Assembly (NCBI RefSeq): GCF_009914755.1
Contig: NC_060937.1
Strand: one strand, 5' to 3'
DNA length: 64,000 nt
Origin: the human T2T-CHM13v2.0 reference genome, Homo sapiens
Shown: positions 1 to 15,100 of the stretch, piece after piece
Position numbering within the stretch: the first letter of the stretch is position 1
Layout: every line of letters begins with the position of its first letter
Program-made: the position numbers and the translations under genes
The notes under the pieces: generated by a model
What the model was told of the DNA's origin: nothing
Seen by the model: the letters and a program-made list of their open reading frames with translations, nothing else
Databases searched by the model: none

Positions 1-819
1 GCCATCCTGGACATCTGACCTCCAGATAAATCCTCCAAAAAGAAAAAAAAGAAAAGCCCTAAGGACCAGAGAAGTCATCTTTAACATGCATTCTTCATAC
101 TCTCTCAGAGAAAATATGCCCATGGCTAATGTGAGAGGCAGAGCAGAACTGAACAGAGGCTTAAATTTTTCTACCTGAGAGTCAGAATTTGCGAGTGGAG
201 ATGAATTTTGATAGGTGTCAAAAAGCAACTGTTGGCCTTTATGCTCTTACGGTTACCCACACTTCTAGTGAGCAACTCATGGGTGCTAATATTGGGAAGC
301 AGAGCCACCCAAGCCAACTGTATTCAAATTAAGGTAGAGAGAAAACCCAGATTTGGCTACTTGCCAGACTGCTTTGCTACCTCTTTCTCAACTTACATTA
401 ACTCAGGAGTAGGAAGCTGGGGCAAGTGGTGAATTCTTCTATTTCTTCTGCTACTGACCTTCCTTTGAGGCCCAATTTAGCCCAAGATGGGTAAGAAAAG
501 TGAGACTGCTGATATTATTTATTTTGACCTCCACCCAGAAACATACTGCTTCAGCCTTTCATCCTTTTTGGATCAATTGACACAAGTGTTTTTTTTGTTT
601 TGTTTTATTTGGCTTAAAACAGTGGTTATCAATTTTTTTTCTGCCTTTGGTTTGTTGAAGCAAAAGTTGCTATGAGTCACAAGCTTTGCCTGCTTTACAT
701 AGCCATTTAGCTATATTACAAAATTAAATTAAATATATTAAAAATAATATTTTATAATAATAAATATATTAAAAATTATATTAAAAATTATACTGCAGGA
801 ACAAATGGGAAGACATGGC

Positions 820-1845
<1,026 letters not shown>

Positions 1846-2439
1846 AATGGCTCAATTTTTGAGAACATATATTGTCAAACACAACAGTTAAAAACTTTTT
1901 TAAAAAGCTATACATATTTGTGTTTTAAAGATTAAATAATGTCCTGAGAGAGACAAATCCATGGATGACCTCACAGGGGAATACTAGTGACAGAGAATTT
2001 CTGTACGAACAATGTTTTGAGGATAGCTGGTCTAAATTATTCTATGAAAGATGTACAGAATTGCTTTAAAATGTGGGATTTTAGAATTTTAATAACAATA
2101 AAACATTTTTCACTCTGTTTCATGTTTCATGGGCATTTTGAAGAATTGTGATCAATACCTGATTGCAGGATATTTGATCACTGGTTAAGCTACATCAGCA
2201 CACAAAAAAAGTGCTGCAATAGGGAGTCTGTTCATATGCTAAATACTCTGAAGCATTTTTCCCTGAGGTAATCTAAATTCTGCTGTCATTTATTAATTCG
2301 CCTTCTATGATTTCTACAAACTTTAAGTTTTGGAAGGAAGTCTACATGTATTATGGTATTAGAGCTGTTAAAATTTGCCATCCATTACTTAAAAATCACA
2401 TTGAACATATTCACAAAGTGCCTTCCCCTGTGCTGACCA

Positions 2440-3790
2440 TGCAGCAAGATCTGATACCAAATGTCAGAAATTCATTTGGTGGAAATAACAAATTAATTGG
2501 CTAAGAGTAGCTCAAGCAACACGCTTATCTTTCTCACATAATGAGAGAGACATATTTGCTGGTTTTAAGACATATTTACCAGCTAGTTGCTGGTATTGTT
2601 TCAGCTATTCAGCAACGTCATTAGGCATCTGGCTTTCAATCATTCTATTCCAGCATCCTTAATGCACTAACTTTCATACTCATGCTGTTGCTTTGTGGTT
2701 GCAAGATGGCTGCTCTACTTCTGGCATCACATCTGCATTGAAGAAGTAAAAGAAGAAAAGAGGGGGTGATTGCAGCTGTATATTTCCTATTTTTCAAGAA
2801 AAGAGCCTCCAGAAGACTTCTGCTTATATCTCTGTATGAATTATCTATTCTGTAGAACAAATAACCCTCAAAATCAGTGGTAAAACAACAACAATACTGC
2901 AGGGAATAAGACAGATGGAAAGAAAAACCAAATAATTATTATAATTTCCATGGATCAGGAATTTCACTGAGGCTTAGCTAGGTGAGTTTGGTTCAGGATC
3001 TTTCATGGAGTTGCAGTGAGGATGTTGGCAGGAGCTGCAATCATCTGAGGACATGACTGGGGTCCGGGAATCCACTTCTAAAATGGTTCACTGCCAAGAT
3101 GAGCCTTACCACAGGCTTCCCGATGTGTTCTCACAAAATGGCAGCTAGCTCGCCTCAAAGCAAGTGACCTGAGAGGCAGCGAGGCAGAAATCACATTATT
3201 TTATGAACTAGCCTTACAAGACTAATACTATGTTTTGAGTGTATCTTCTCCAAAATTCAGGTGTTGCCAATGTGATATTATTAAGAGATGGATCCTTTAA
3301 GAGGTGATTAGGCCAAGGAGGCTTCTTCCTCATGAACAGGATTAAGGCCTTTTTAAAAGAGGCTTCACGCAGTGTTCAGCTAGCACACTCGCTTGCTCTT
3401 CTGCTTTCTGCCATGTGAGGACATAGCAAGAAGGCCCTCACCAGACACTAAATGCTGGTGTCTTGATCTCAGACTTCCAGCTTCCAAAACTGTGAGAAAT
3501 AAAGTTCTGTTCTTTATGAATTACCCAGTCTCAGGTGATTTTGTTACAGCAGCACAAAACAGACTAAGACAGTTACTTCTATCTTTTGATAGAAGGGAGA
3601 AGAACCAAATAATTTGTGGACATATTTTTAAACCACTACTGCCCTATTGACCAAAATGGATTCACTTCTTCAGTCTAATTACAGTAGTACCTAGGAAGTA
3701 AATTATCATTGGAGGCTATGCCCATTCTTCCCTTGAACAAAACAGGGGCCTACTAGCAAAATGAAAGAATATTGCAAAGGCAACTATCTC
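2440..3790 (-). mobile_element. Old MLT1 (J/K-like) LTR containing a nested MLT1 (F/G/H-like) LTR at ~2840-3640
   Basis: MLT1-type motifs gttgcaagatggctgctc, ctgcaatcatctgagg, cacaaaatggcagctagc; both elements resume after the MSTC insertion. Confidence 0.6.
3226..3571 (+). mobile_element. MST-family (MSTC-like) solo LTR
   Basis: Starts tactatgttttgagtgt..ccaaaattcaggtgttgccaatgtga; ends aataaa...cagcagcacaaaacagactaagaca. Confidence 0.85.
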
Positions 3791-4437
3791 AGGTATTTGT
3801 ATGGAGTTCTTGAGAACTTGACCAAATAATTCTAGAGTTTATCTGAAAAAGGTTAGATAGATACAAAAATTGTTAAAAAGGCTTTTTGAGGGACAACAGG
3901 GAAACGACCAGACCTATTAGACTTCAAAATGCAAGGTGAACCAATACATAGGTGAATGAATGGGAAATAATATATAGTACACACATAGATCCTAATTCAT
4001 AGGAAATTAAGATTGAAAGGGATAAATTTTTAAAGAAACGGTATTGAAAAAATCTATTAAAAGATCCATTTATTTTCTTGCTATACAACAGAGTAAATTC
4101 TAGATCAATTAAAAAGTGAAGCATGAAAAAGGGAACCACTTAAAGAAATCAGAAGAAACTTGTGGTAAATATTTACCTGATCCAAAATGGGGAAGGACTA
4201 TCTAAGCATACATACAATGGACCAGATAGCAAAAGAAAAGATTGATTTTCATATTTAAAATTAAAAACTCTGTGTCAAAACATCATAAAACCTTAAAAGG
4301 AAATGAAAATATTATGCATTATTGATATTTGAACGGGATATATTTATTAGCAAGAAAAATGCCTTCCCTTTGCTTGAGGTCTATGGGTCTTTTCTATGGA
4401 GTAAATATTGTAGAAATTAAAACAGTAGGAATATGTT

Positions 4438-6747
4438 TGTATTAGTCCATTTTCACACTGCTGATAAAGACATACCAAAGACTGGGCAATTTACAAAAGA
4501 AAGAGGTTTATTGGACTTAAGTTCCACATGGCTGGGGAGGCCTCAAATTATGGTGGAAGGTAAGGAGGAGCAAGTCACATCTTATGTTTGTGGCGGCAGG
4601 CAAAGAGAGAGCTTGTACAGAGAAACTCTCATTTTTAAAACCATCAGATCTGGTGAGACCCATTCACTATTATGAGAACAGCACAGGAAAGACCTGCCCC
4701 CATGACTCAGTCATCTCCCACCAGGTGTCTCCCACAACACATGGGAATTATGGGAGCTACAAGTTAAGATTTGGGTGGGGACACAGAGCCAAACCATATC
4801 ATTCAGCCCCTGGCCCCTCCCAAATCTCATATCTTCACATTTCAAAACCAATCATGCCTTCCAAAGTCTCAACTCATTTAAGCATTAACTCAAAAGTACA
4901 CAGTCCAAAGTCTTATCTGAGACAAGGCAAGTCCCTTCTGCCTATGGTCCTATAAAACCAAAAGCAAGTTAGTTACTTCCTAGATACAATGGGGGTACAG
5001 TCATTGGGTAAATATATCTCTTCTAAATGGGAGAAATTGGACAAAACAAAGGGGCTACAGGCCATACAAATCCAAAATCCAATGGGGCAGTCAAATCTTA
5101 AAGTTCCAAAATGATCTCCTTTGACTCCATGTCTCACATCCAGGTCACGCTGATGTAAGAGGTAGGTTCCCATAGTCTTGAGCAGCTCCACCTCTGTGGC
5201 TTTGCAGGGTGCAGACTCCCTCCTGGCTGCCTTCCCAGGCTGGTGTTGAATGTCTGAGGAAAAGTCAGGTGCATGATGCAAACTGTCAGCGGATCTACCA
5301 TTCTGGGGTCTGAAGGACAGTGGCCCTCTTCTCACAGCTCCACTAGGCAGTGCCCCAGTAGGGACTCTGTGTGGGGGCTCTGACCCCACATTTCCCTTCC
5401 ACACTGCCCCAGCAGAGGTTTTGCATGAGAACTCACACCTATAGCAAACTTGTGCCTGGGCTTCCAGGCGATTCCATACATCTTCTGAAATCTTGGCAGA
5501 GGTTCTCAAACCTCAATTCTTGACTTCTGTGCACTTGAAGGCTCAACACCATGTGGAAGCTGCCAAGGCTTAAGGCTTGCACCCTCTGAAGCCACGACCT
5601 GAGCTTCACATTGGCCCCTTTCAGCCATGGCTGGAGTAGCTGGGACACAGGGCCCCAAGTCCCTAGGCTACACACAGCATGGGGACCCTGGGCCCTGCCC
5701 ATGAAACCACTTTTTTCTCCTAGGCCTCTAATGGAAGGGGCTGCTATGAGGACCTCTGACATGCCCTGGAGACATTTTCCCCATTGTTTTGGAGATTAAC
5801 ATTCAGCTCCTCCTTGTTACTTATGCAAATTTTTGCAGCTGGCTTGAATTTCTCCTCAGAAAATGGATTTTTCTTTTCTATTGCATTGTCAGGCTGCAAA
5901 TTTTCTAAACTTTCATGCTCTGCTTCCCTTATAAAACTGAATGCCTTCAACAGCACCCAAGTCACCTCTTGAATGTTTTGCTGCTTAGAAATTTCTTCTG
6001 CCAGATACCCTAAATCATCTCTCTCAAGTTCAAAGTTCCACAAATCTCTAGGGCAGGGGCAAAATGCCACCAGTTCCTTTGCTAAAACATAATAAGAATC
6101 ACCTTTGCTCCAGTTCTTATCTTATAATAAGATAACTGATAATAAGACTTCTATTTTCTTATCTCTATCTGGGACCACCTTAGCCTGGATTTCATTGTCT
6201 CTATCATTATGAGCATTTTGGTCAAAGCCATTCAACAAGTCTCTAGGGCATTCCATACTCTCCCACATTTTCCTGTCTTCTTTTGAGCCCTCCAAACTGT
6301 TCCAGCCTCTGCCTGTTACCCAGTTCCAAAGTCACTTCCACATTTTTGGGTGTCTTTTCAGCAGCTCCCCACTCTACTGGTACCAATTTACTGTATTAAT
6401 CCAGTTCATGCTGCTGATAAAGACATACCCGAGACTGGGCAGTTTAGAAGTTTATTGGACTTACAGTTCCATGTGGCTGGGGAGGACTCACAATCATGGT
6501 GGAAGGCAAGGAGGAGCAAGTCACTTCTTACGTGGATGACAGCAGGCAAAGAGAGAGCTTGTGCACAGAAATTCCTGTTTTTAAAACCATCAGATCTCAT
6601 GAGACCTATTCACTGCCATGAGAATAACATGGGAAAAACCTGCCCCAATGATTCAATCATCTCCCATCGGGTTCCTCTCATAACACATGGGAATTATGGG
6701 AGCTACAAGATAAGATTTGGGTGGGGACACAGAGCCAAACCATATCA
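4438..6747 (-). mobile_element. Two-LTR THE1B MaLR element (LTR 4438-4801, internal 4802-6391, LTR 6392-6747)
   Basis: Two similar ~360-bp LTRs (tgtatta...aaaccatatca) flank THE1-int; perfect 5-bp TSD ATGTT at 4433-4437 and 6748-6752; THE1B-type ggcaaagagagagcttgt. Confidence 0.95.
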
Positions 6748-6980
6748 ATGTTAATATGTAATAAGTGAATATAACTGATAATAAGGCGTCTATTTTCTTA
6801 ATAAAATAAGCAAAAACATAAACCTATAATTCATACAAGAGATAGAACAAATGGCTAATAAACAGGAATGGATGGTCAACCTCATTAGTAATCATACCGA
6901 CACAAATGAAAACAGAAACAAAACTTAATATTTTATCTATCAGAGTAACACAGCTTGTTTAATAAAAATACTGAGGGCTG

Positions 6981-7289
6981 GGCCGGGCTCAGTGGCTCAC
7001 ACCTGTAATCCCAACACTTTGGGAGGCCAAGGCCGGAGGATCACGAGGTCAGGAGATTGAGATCATCCTGGCTAACGCGGTGAAACCTCATATCTACTAA
7101 AAATACAAAAAATTAGCCGGGCGTGGTGGCAGGCGCCTGTAGTCCTAGCTACTCAGGAGGCTGAGGCAGGAGAATGGCATGAACCCGGGAGGCGGAGCTT
7201 GCAGTGAGCCGAGATCACACCACTGTACTTCAGCCTAGGCAATAGAGCGAGACTCTATCTCAAAAAAAAAACAAAAACAAACCACACAC
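6981..7289 (+). mobile_element. AluY-like
   Basis: ggatcacgaggtcaggag, ggctaacgcggtg, gaatggcatgaacccgggaggcggagcttgcag diagnostics; TSD-like aaaaat..agggctg on both sides. Confidence 0.92.
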
Positions 7290-7933
7290 AAAAATCTCAG
7301 GGCTGGCCAGGTTGTGGTGAAAGAGGATTATTTAACACTGCTAGTTAAAGAAATTTGACAGTCTTCACCAAGAGCCTTCAACATGTTTGTACTTTTTTAT
7401 CTGATAATTTCCTTTATAGGAGTCTAGTCTAAGGAAATAACAGAAATGTGCTTAAAATATATGTATAAAAAGGTGTGTCTTCATATCATTTATAGTAGAA
7501 ACAAAAAGAAAATTACCTAAATGTCCCCCAATAGACCCACAGCTAAGCAAATCATGGAATGTCCATATGATGGAATATAAAGTACTGTTAAAATATTTTA
7601 ATGAGTTTAATTGAATAATGTTCATGACACAATTTTAATTGTAAGAGCAACACAAAACATAAAGTATATGTGATATGTGATAATATAAACTATGGAATAA
7701 GTATTATATAAGAGTAAAAAAGTTTGGGTGAAAATAGAACAAAATGCTTATAGTGTTTTCTGAGAACCATTTTTTAGAGGATTGTAAGATTATGGAAAAT
7801 GTGTGTCTCATTTAGATTTATGCATTTCCTGCAATGTGTTGCTTTCATGATGAGAAAAAAGTACTCTGTAAACTCTAAATGAACGTTTTTAATTCTATTA
7901 TTTCACCTGTCTCACTGCTCTGGGGAGTTGCAC

Positions 7934-8008
7934 TGTGTGTGTGTACATGTGTGTGTCTGTGTGTGTGTGTGTCTGTGTGTGTGTGAGAGAGAGAAAGAGA
8001 GAAAGAGA
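7934..8008. repeat. Imperfect (TG)n-(GA)n microsatellite
   Basis: Directly visible. Confidence 0.95.
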
Positions 8009-8049
8009 ATTTGTGTTCTATAATTCTAGGGATTTATGTATAAAAATGG

Positions 8050-8160
8050 TAAAACTCATTTTGTCAGGAAGTGGTAGATTAAATCCGACAATAATGCATT
8101 AACTCTTTCAGGCCACTTAGGGACCAATTAGTGCATTATGCTAAGGGGTACTAAATTGTA
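8050..8160. promoter_or_regulatory. Candidate enhancer: motif-dense unique sequence
   Basis: caggaagt (ETS), acaat (SOX), taatgcatta, ccactta (NKX), ccaatta (homeodomain) within ~100 bp. Function is inferred. Confidence 0.35.
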
Positions 8161-8314
8161 TCCTACTGGCTTGGAGGAGACCAGGTATGTCCCGGAGCTC
8201 TAACTCATATCACCACTGGGAAGTGATTCAAATCTGGGAAGAAGCTGGCTCATCGAATATTAATTGAATGGGTGAATAAATGAAGGGAAGACAAAGAAGG
8301 GCGCTAACAAGCTA

Positions 8315-8430
8315 ACACTTATTATTTACTATGTGCCAGGGGCTTCCCATTCATTATCTCATTTAATTCTCATGGCAACCTTATGAGGCCTGTATTATTA
8401 TTATTATTACCATTTTACAGGGGAGGAAAT
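8315..8430 (-). mobile_element. MIR fragment
   Basis: tactatgtgccagg...tctcatttaattctca...ccattttacag. Confidence 0.75.
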
Positions 8431-10249
8431 GAATTTATACCCCAAACATAAGGAGTTTCCTGCTCTTCCTATGGGGAAGATGCTGGTGCTGACTTTAGGT
8501 AGTCACTTATTTGCTGTGGTCAGGACTATAAGATCCTTCCTGGACCCACAGTCTTCTTTCAGCCTGACTGATTCGTAAAATTCTGCAGTTCAAGATAGCA
8601 TTCCTCTGTAGAGTGTGGCTTTTCTGAGTATTCCATAGTATTTAGTGTACTTGGGGAGAGTGGGTGGGAGAGTGGTCTGGGCAGTGGAAAACCCTTTGGG
8701 ATATCAGTCAATTACACTGAAATAAGGCTAAATTTCATGTTACTTTCTGATAACTATTTTTAGTTAAAAAAAAAAAAGGTAAAATGAAAAAGAGGAGAGC
8801 AAAAGATTGCTGGGTGCCTAAGGAGCACCAAAAGGAATGCCCCAAAGTTAGAAAAAGACATAGAATAAGGGGCCAGGGATTACTACCAGCTAACTGGTGG
8901 TATTGAGAGAGTGCCTAGAAACCATTCCCATCCTTTAATCTCCTAAAGGCAAATGGTAGGCATTTGCAAGATAGTTGTCTGGGCTGCCTGGCATAGATGG
9001 TTTTTGTGCCTCAGAGTAAAGGAAATTGGTTTCTAAAGGAAGGAATTCCTGACTTGTTTCATTAACAAGAAGTTGTAGCCCAGTAAGTTGTAAATGGTAC
9101 TTGAAACTGACATAAGAAAACACAGTATCAGAGCAGAATCCATTTCTTATAGGACTCCTGAGCCAGGGAAAGAGTTCGTTACTCTGAGTACTTCTATTTA
9201 GAAGGCCTTTTACATCTGAGAGGGTGCACTTTTCTCTGCAGGTGGTAAGCCACAGTTTTACATTTTAGATAGTTAGAAGTTTTCAGTACAAAGTTCTCTA
9301 TGTCTATAATTTCAATTTCAAAAGAGAGACTTTAAGACATAAAATGAAAGTTCTAAAAGAAGCCTTTTTATTCTTTTCCTTTTCTTAGTCTAGGTACTTT
9401 ATATTTAGGCTTTCAAGGAACAAGGGGACAAGGTTTTTCTTTTTAGAAAGAAAATCCAAACAACTGACAACTTTAAATAGATTTACACCCAAATTATACA
9501 TTGTAAGTCTACAAGCAACTTTATAAAATAGCATCCACATGGCCTTTTGTATTGTGATCCTTTGTATGATACTGAAACTCCTGTAGGAGGGAGAAAATAA
9601 TGATTAGGCTTAAGCAAAGTGAAAAGATATTTTCTCAGCTGGAAGTTGTTAATACTTCAGCTGATAGAGACTTGGAGAATAACTCCACTGTTATGTGTTT
9701 AAAAAATAAATACACAAGCAGTGGAATAATTCACAGGAAGAGAAATCGCAGGAGAGAGATAACAGCCAAGCAGATCTGAGGCTGATCGTTTTCCTGCTTA
9801 TGGGGATGTTGCTCTTTTGCCCTAAGTCTTGGGCTGACAGCTCTTCTGGACATAGTCTCCAGTCCTTTGGGCCTTGCTGTCTTGCAGTAAATACTATATT
9901 GCCAAGTCAGTGGAGGGCTTTACATTTTCATAGAAGACATAATTATTGGAGACATAAGCACAGCGTTCAGAATTCTAAACCTCCTCTGTACTTAAAAATA
10001 TTAAATATAACTTCTTTTCTTTCTCATTGTAAAAACAATACATGTTCATGGAAAACTTAAAAAATATAAAGAAGCAAAAAGAAGAATCTATAGAATAATC
10101 CAACTAGTGAGAAACAGTCACTAATTAGAAGTAGAGTGTGTCAATTCTTCTCTTGTTTAATCCAATGGGAATATATTTTACAAAAAGTTTTCTTCATATG
10201 GCATGTGCAGTTTTATAATCTTCTTGGGTCTACTCCCCTGTGCGTTCTG

Positions 10250-10462
10250 ACGGGTAATAGTTAAATGTCTATACTCTGGAATCAGATCCAATAGAAGGCA
10301 GAATTCTGCCCCTGCTACTTACTATCTAGGTGGCATAAGTCTCCATTTCCTCTTCTGCAAAATGAAGATAATGTTACTTGGATTGAAAGGTGTTTGTAGG
10401 GACAGAGATAATGTCTGTAAAGTGCTTGGCACTTAGTAAATTTTCAATAAATGGCAGCTATT
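10250..10462 (+). mobile_element. MIR
   Basis: ctctggaatcagat...ctgcaaaatgaagataat...ggcacttagtaa..caataaatg. Confidence 0.7.
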
Positions 10463-10557
10463 ACAATTTTTCTTTCTGTCTTCCTTTTTCTATCTCTACC
10501 ACATTGGTGCCCTACTTTGTTTTTTGCTATCTTTAATATTACTAAAATTGCATATGC

Positions 10558-10561
<4 letters not shown>

Positions 10562-10649
<88 letters not shown>
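10562..10649. repeat. Compound microsatellite (CA)20(TCTA)12
   Basis: Counted directly; both tracts are perfect. Confidence 0.98.
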
Positions 10650-10650
<1 letters not shown>

Positions 10651-11415
10651 TTTAGGATTAAGATACCTTGACAGACGAAGAAAAGAGTAAGATTTTTCAT
10701 CTGGGTATGATCATCTGCTTTAAGGCAACACATATACTGAACATGTTTAGGTTTGGGTGCTGCTTATATTTTGCCTTAGAATATATAAAGTTTGAGGATG
10801 TTTTGCACAGGTCAGGATGACGTGGCATTCCAATGTCTTGATTATCAGGCTTCACTATATCTGTCTCTTTAAGTAAGATAAAGAATTGAGCCAATAATAA
10901 TCAGGATCTCACTTCTCTGACAGAGGGATTTAAGGACTGATGTCCTTACTTCTACTTCTGTTTTAACAATGTTTGAGGAGAGAGAAGTGTGGGGACCAGG
11001 CCCTATTTTGATGCAGGGCAGTGGCATGAAAAAGTTAAGCCCCCAGTCAAGGATGAGAGCTGCTCTGGGACACATTTCCCTTGTTCAGAATGGACTCTTC
11101 TGACTTTCCCCGGGACAAGCAAATGGAGGGGTCTGCCCAGTAACTGTTAAGTCATGGACTAACAGTGATCATGTATAGTGGCGTATCTACTGTCCATCAT
11201 ATTTACTTTTGGGGAATGCTGAGTCTGAGAGACTGCACTTCCTTGGGTGCAGCAGTGGGGCAACAGGTGAAGCATGCACAGTGGCCCTTACTTCTTCTTT
11301 GCTTGCTGCACCGAGTAAGTGGAGCAATTTCTTTGTCAAAGTGCCTGGTGTAATGGAATGCACTGTTTAGTTGGTCAACATGAGTGGGCCTGGGAAGCCT
11401 GAAAAAAGATATTTT

Positions 11416-12380
<965 letters not shown>

Positions 12381-13461
12381 ATGGGATGTGGGAGAACAGC
12401 TTCAGGCACGAGATATGGAGTTGCGACTCACTGCTTAAAGGGAACTTCTTATGCAGAGAAACTGAAAATGACAGTCTGGCAAGACAGCTGCCTTGTGAAT
12501 TATCTCATTGATCACACTTCTGTTCTTTTAAGAACCCCTCCCTGGCCTACTGGTGGTATGGTTTGTGAGCCTGGTCTTCACACAATTTTGTGTGTACTGA
12601 CTCTACTATCCCCCAGCAGCTGTGGCTGGTTTTTGTTGGTAATGCACCGGCTTTCCCATGTAAGACTCTCTTGGCATTTCTAGTGAGCACTTTGGGAGTA
12701 GTTATTCACATACCTACTATGTGCTCTGTGGAAGAACAGGTGTGTGGTGATACTGTTTGAAAAGTCTCTGCTTTCTATTCCAAATTCAAACAGACTAAGT
12801 CTCTATGGTTTTTAAAAGCTACTTAGCTCATTCTTTGGGCTTTGAAGCCACACGATCCTGGTAGGAACTGAAAAACAGAAATGAATTCTTTCTTAACCTG
12901 ACATCTGGGTTACTCCCAGCATTGTGCCATTGTTGGGCCTAAATAGTTAGGAAAGGGGTTAGAAATGTGGCATAAAGCAGTGCTCTGGCTTCCCGCACAG
13001 CCCATGACCACGTGGACTGTGCAATATCTCCTGAACCTACTTCATGATTTTCCACCATCGCATGCTGCTTTCTCTTTTAGAAATGTGCTCCTTCTTTGTC
13101 TCTTTGAAATCTCCTCAAGGTTCTGTTAAGGAGACAACTCCTTCATGAGGCCTGTCCTGAGCTCCCCAACCAGGTGTGCTTTTCTCTCCTCTGAACTTTC
13201 AAAGTGCTGACATTCAATGGACCCACTGGGACTAGAACTTGTGCAGAGCCCCCTGTCACTTGTCCTCTTTCCTCTAAGCCCCTCTCAAGCTTGTGGCTGG
13301 GTATCCAACCCATGAAAAAGGGACATGTCACCAACTAGCCAATAAAGAAGCAAAACCAACCTGGAATAACAGTATGTAATGATAAGTCCTTGGTGAATTT
13401 TTCTTACCTATGCCTTGTTTGTGAGTGGAAATTTGAGTTCAGTTCAGTACACTTGTTTAAC

Positions 13462-13762
<301 letters not shown>

Positions 13763-13849
13763 AACTTTTTTATTTTTAATGTTTGCTATGAGCTAAAGAT
13801 GATGTGAGATACTGAGAATACAAAGAATAATAATAACTGTAATGTTAAC

Positions 13850-14060
13850 AATGATTATGGCACATCACACCATGTTCTAAGCACTTTACAGCTATTATTA
13901 CTCACTTAATCCTCAGAACAATGCTATGAAGTTGATGCTATTATTATCTCTATGTTTTTCCCCAAAAAATAGAGGCATTGAGAGGTTAAACAAGTTACCC
14001 AGGTTACACAAGCTGTAAGTAACACAGCTGAGATTTGAACCAAAGCAGTCTTGCTCCAAG
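13850..14060 (-). mobile_element. MIR
   Basis: ttaatcctcagaacaa...gagaggttaaacaagttacccaggttacaca...gatttgaacc. Confidence 0.75.
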
Positions 14061-15100
14061 AGAAATAAGACGTAGTCCTTTAGCCTTCAACTGCTTATAG
14101 TCTGAGGGTTGTAACCAAAAGGGAAGTATGGTTCTTTTTCAGTCTCAGAATCCCAGACACATTTCACAGACCTGGATGTTACCACCAGTGGAGTGCAGTG
14201 TAAGCTTTGGGTTAACAGACTATTGGACAAGGCCACAGCTGAGACAAGTGTTGAGAAGTGGTTGTCTTAGCATGCCTCAGAAAGAGAGGCAGTTGTCAAG
14301 AAGGGCTGGCCTGAGCTCCCCATTAAACTGTGAATCCTTATGCAGAGGGCATTGTCCATCAGACGGGACTGGGAGCACTACTGCATAAGGAGGCTGGTCC
14401 TTCCCTTAGGAATTTTCCCTTTGTTCTGCTTCATCATCATCAGTGAATGTAAGTGCACAGTGCAATTTTGTGGTATAGACTCACTGCACTGCCTGTTAAG
14501 AACTGCTCTGAGGAGACCCCAATGTATAAATAACCATTTGGATATTTCCTTAGAATTTCCTTCCAAAGTAACTGATCATGCTGCAGTGATGAAACAGTGC
14601 TGAACTGGAGCCATGTGGAATTGGAGCCAAATGCTAGGACGGCATAGCAATCTCCACAAACATTCCTCTGGGGATTTGGGAATGTTCAGAGTAACCCTCC
14701 ATCTTAAACACTGTGTTTTTTAGCCAAATGAGTTTTCTGAGAAAGAAGAGGTTTTAAGAGCTTCTCTGGAGATAAATGAGCATCATCTGCTCTAGGGGGA
14801 AATGGTTCCAAAACTCTGGCATAAATCTGGGAAGTTGTTGCCTTAGAAACAACTAATGTTGTGTAACTCTCTTCCCTGGACAACCATTTAGGGTCTCTAT
14901 AATTTGCTCACTTCTACCCACAGTTTCTAAACCTTTAACCCCAGGTAAGAATTCTTAATCTCTTTCCCCAATGAGGACTGTAACAAACAACCATTCTTAT
15001 CACCCTAGAGATTAAGCACTTGGTGGGGACTGATCCTCTTCTTCTTATGTGAGATTCTGTTGAGATGGCAGAGATAAAATAAGTCATGGCAGAACCACTT

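Larger units (their letters stand above)
3800..7850 (+). mobile_element. Decayed L1ME ORF2/3' fragment split by THE1B and AluY
   Basis: A-rich L1-like segments at 3800-4437, 6753-6980 (aaatggctaataaac..caacctcattagtaatca) and 7290-7850 (aggagtctagtctaaggaaata, cctaaatgtcc). Confidence 0.6.

Noticed and set aside
715-795. Extremely AT-rich tract
   Set aside because: Low-complexity sequence at the end of an old L1; no further structure.
4433-6754. Cluster of 100-178 aa ORFs here and similar ones at 50244-52534
   Set aside because: They are overlapping frames through THE1 LTR/internal sequence, fragmented by stops and frameshifts; not host genes.
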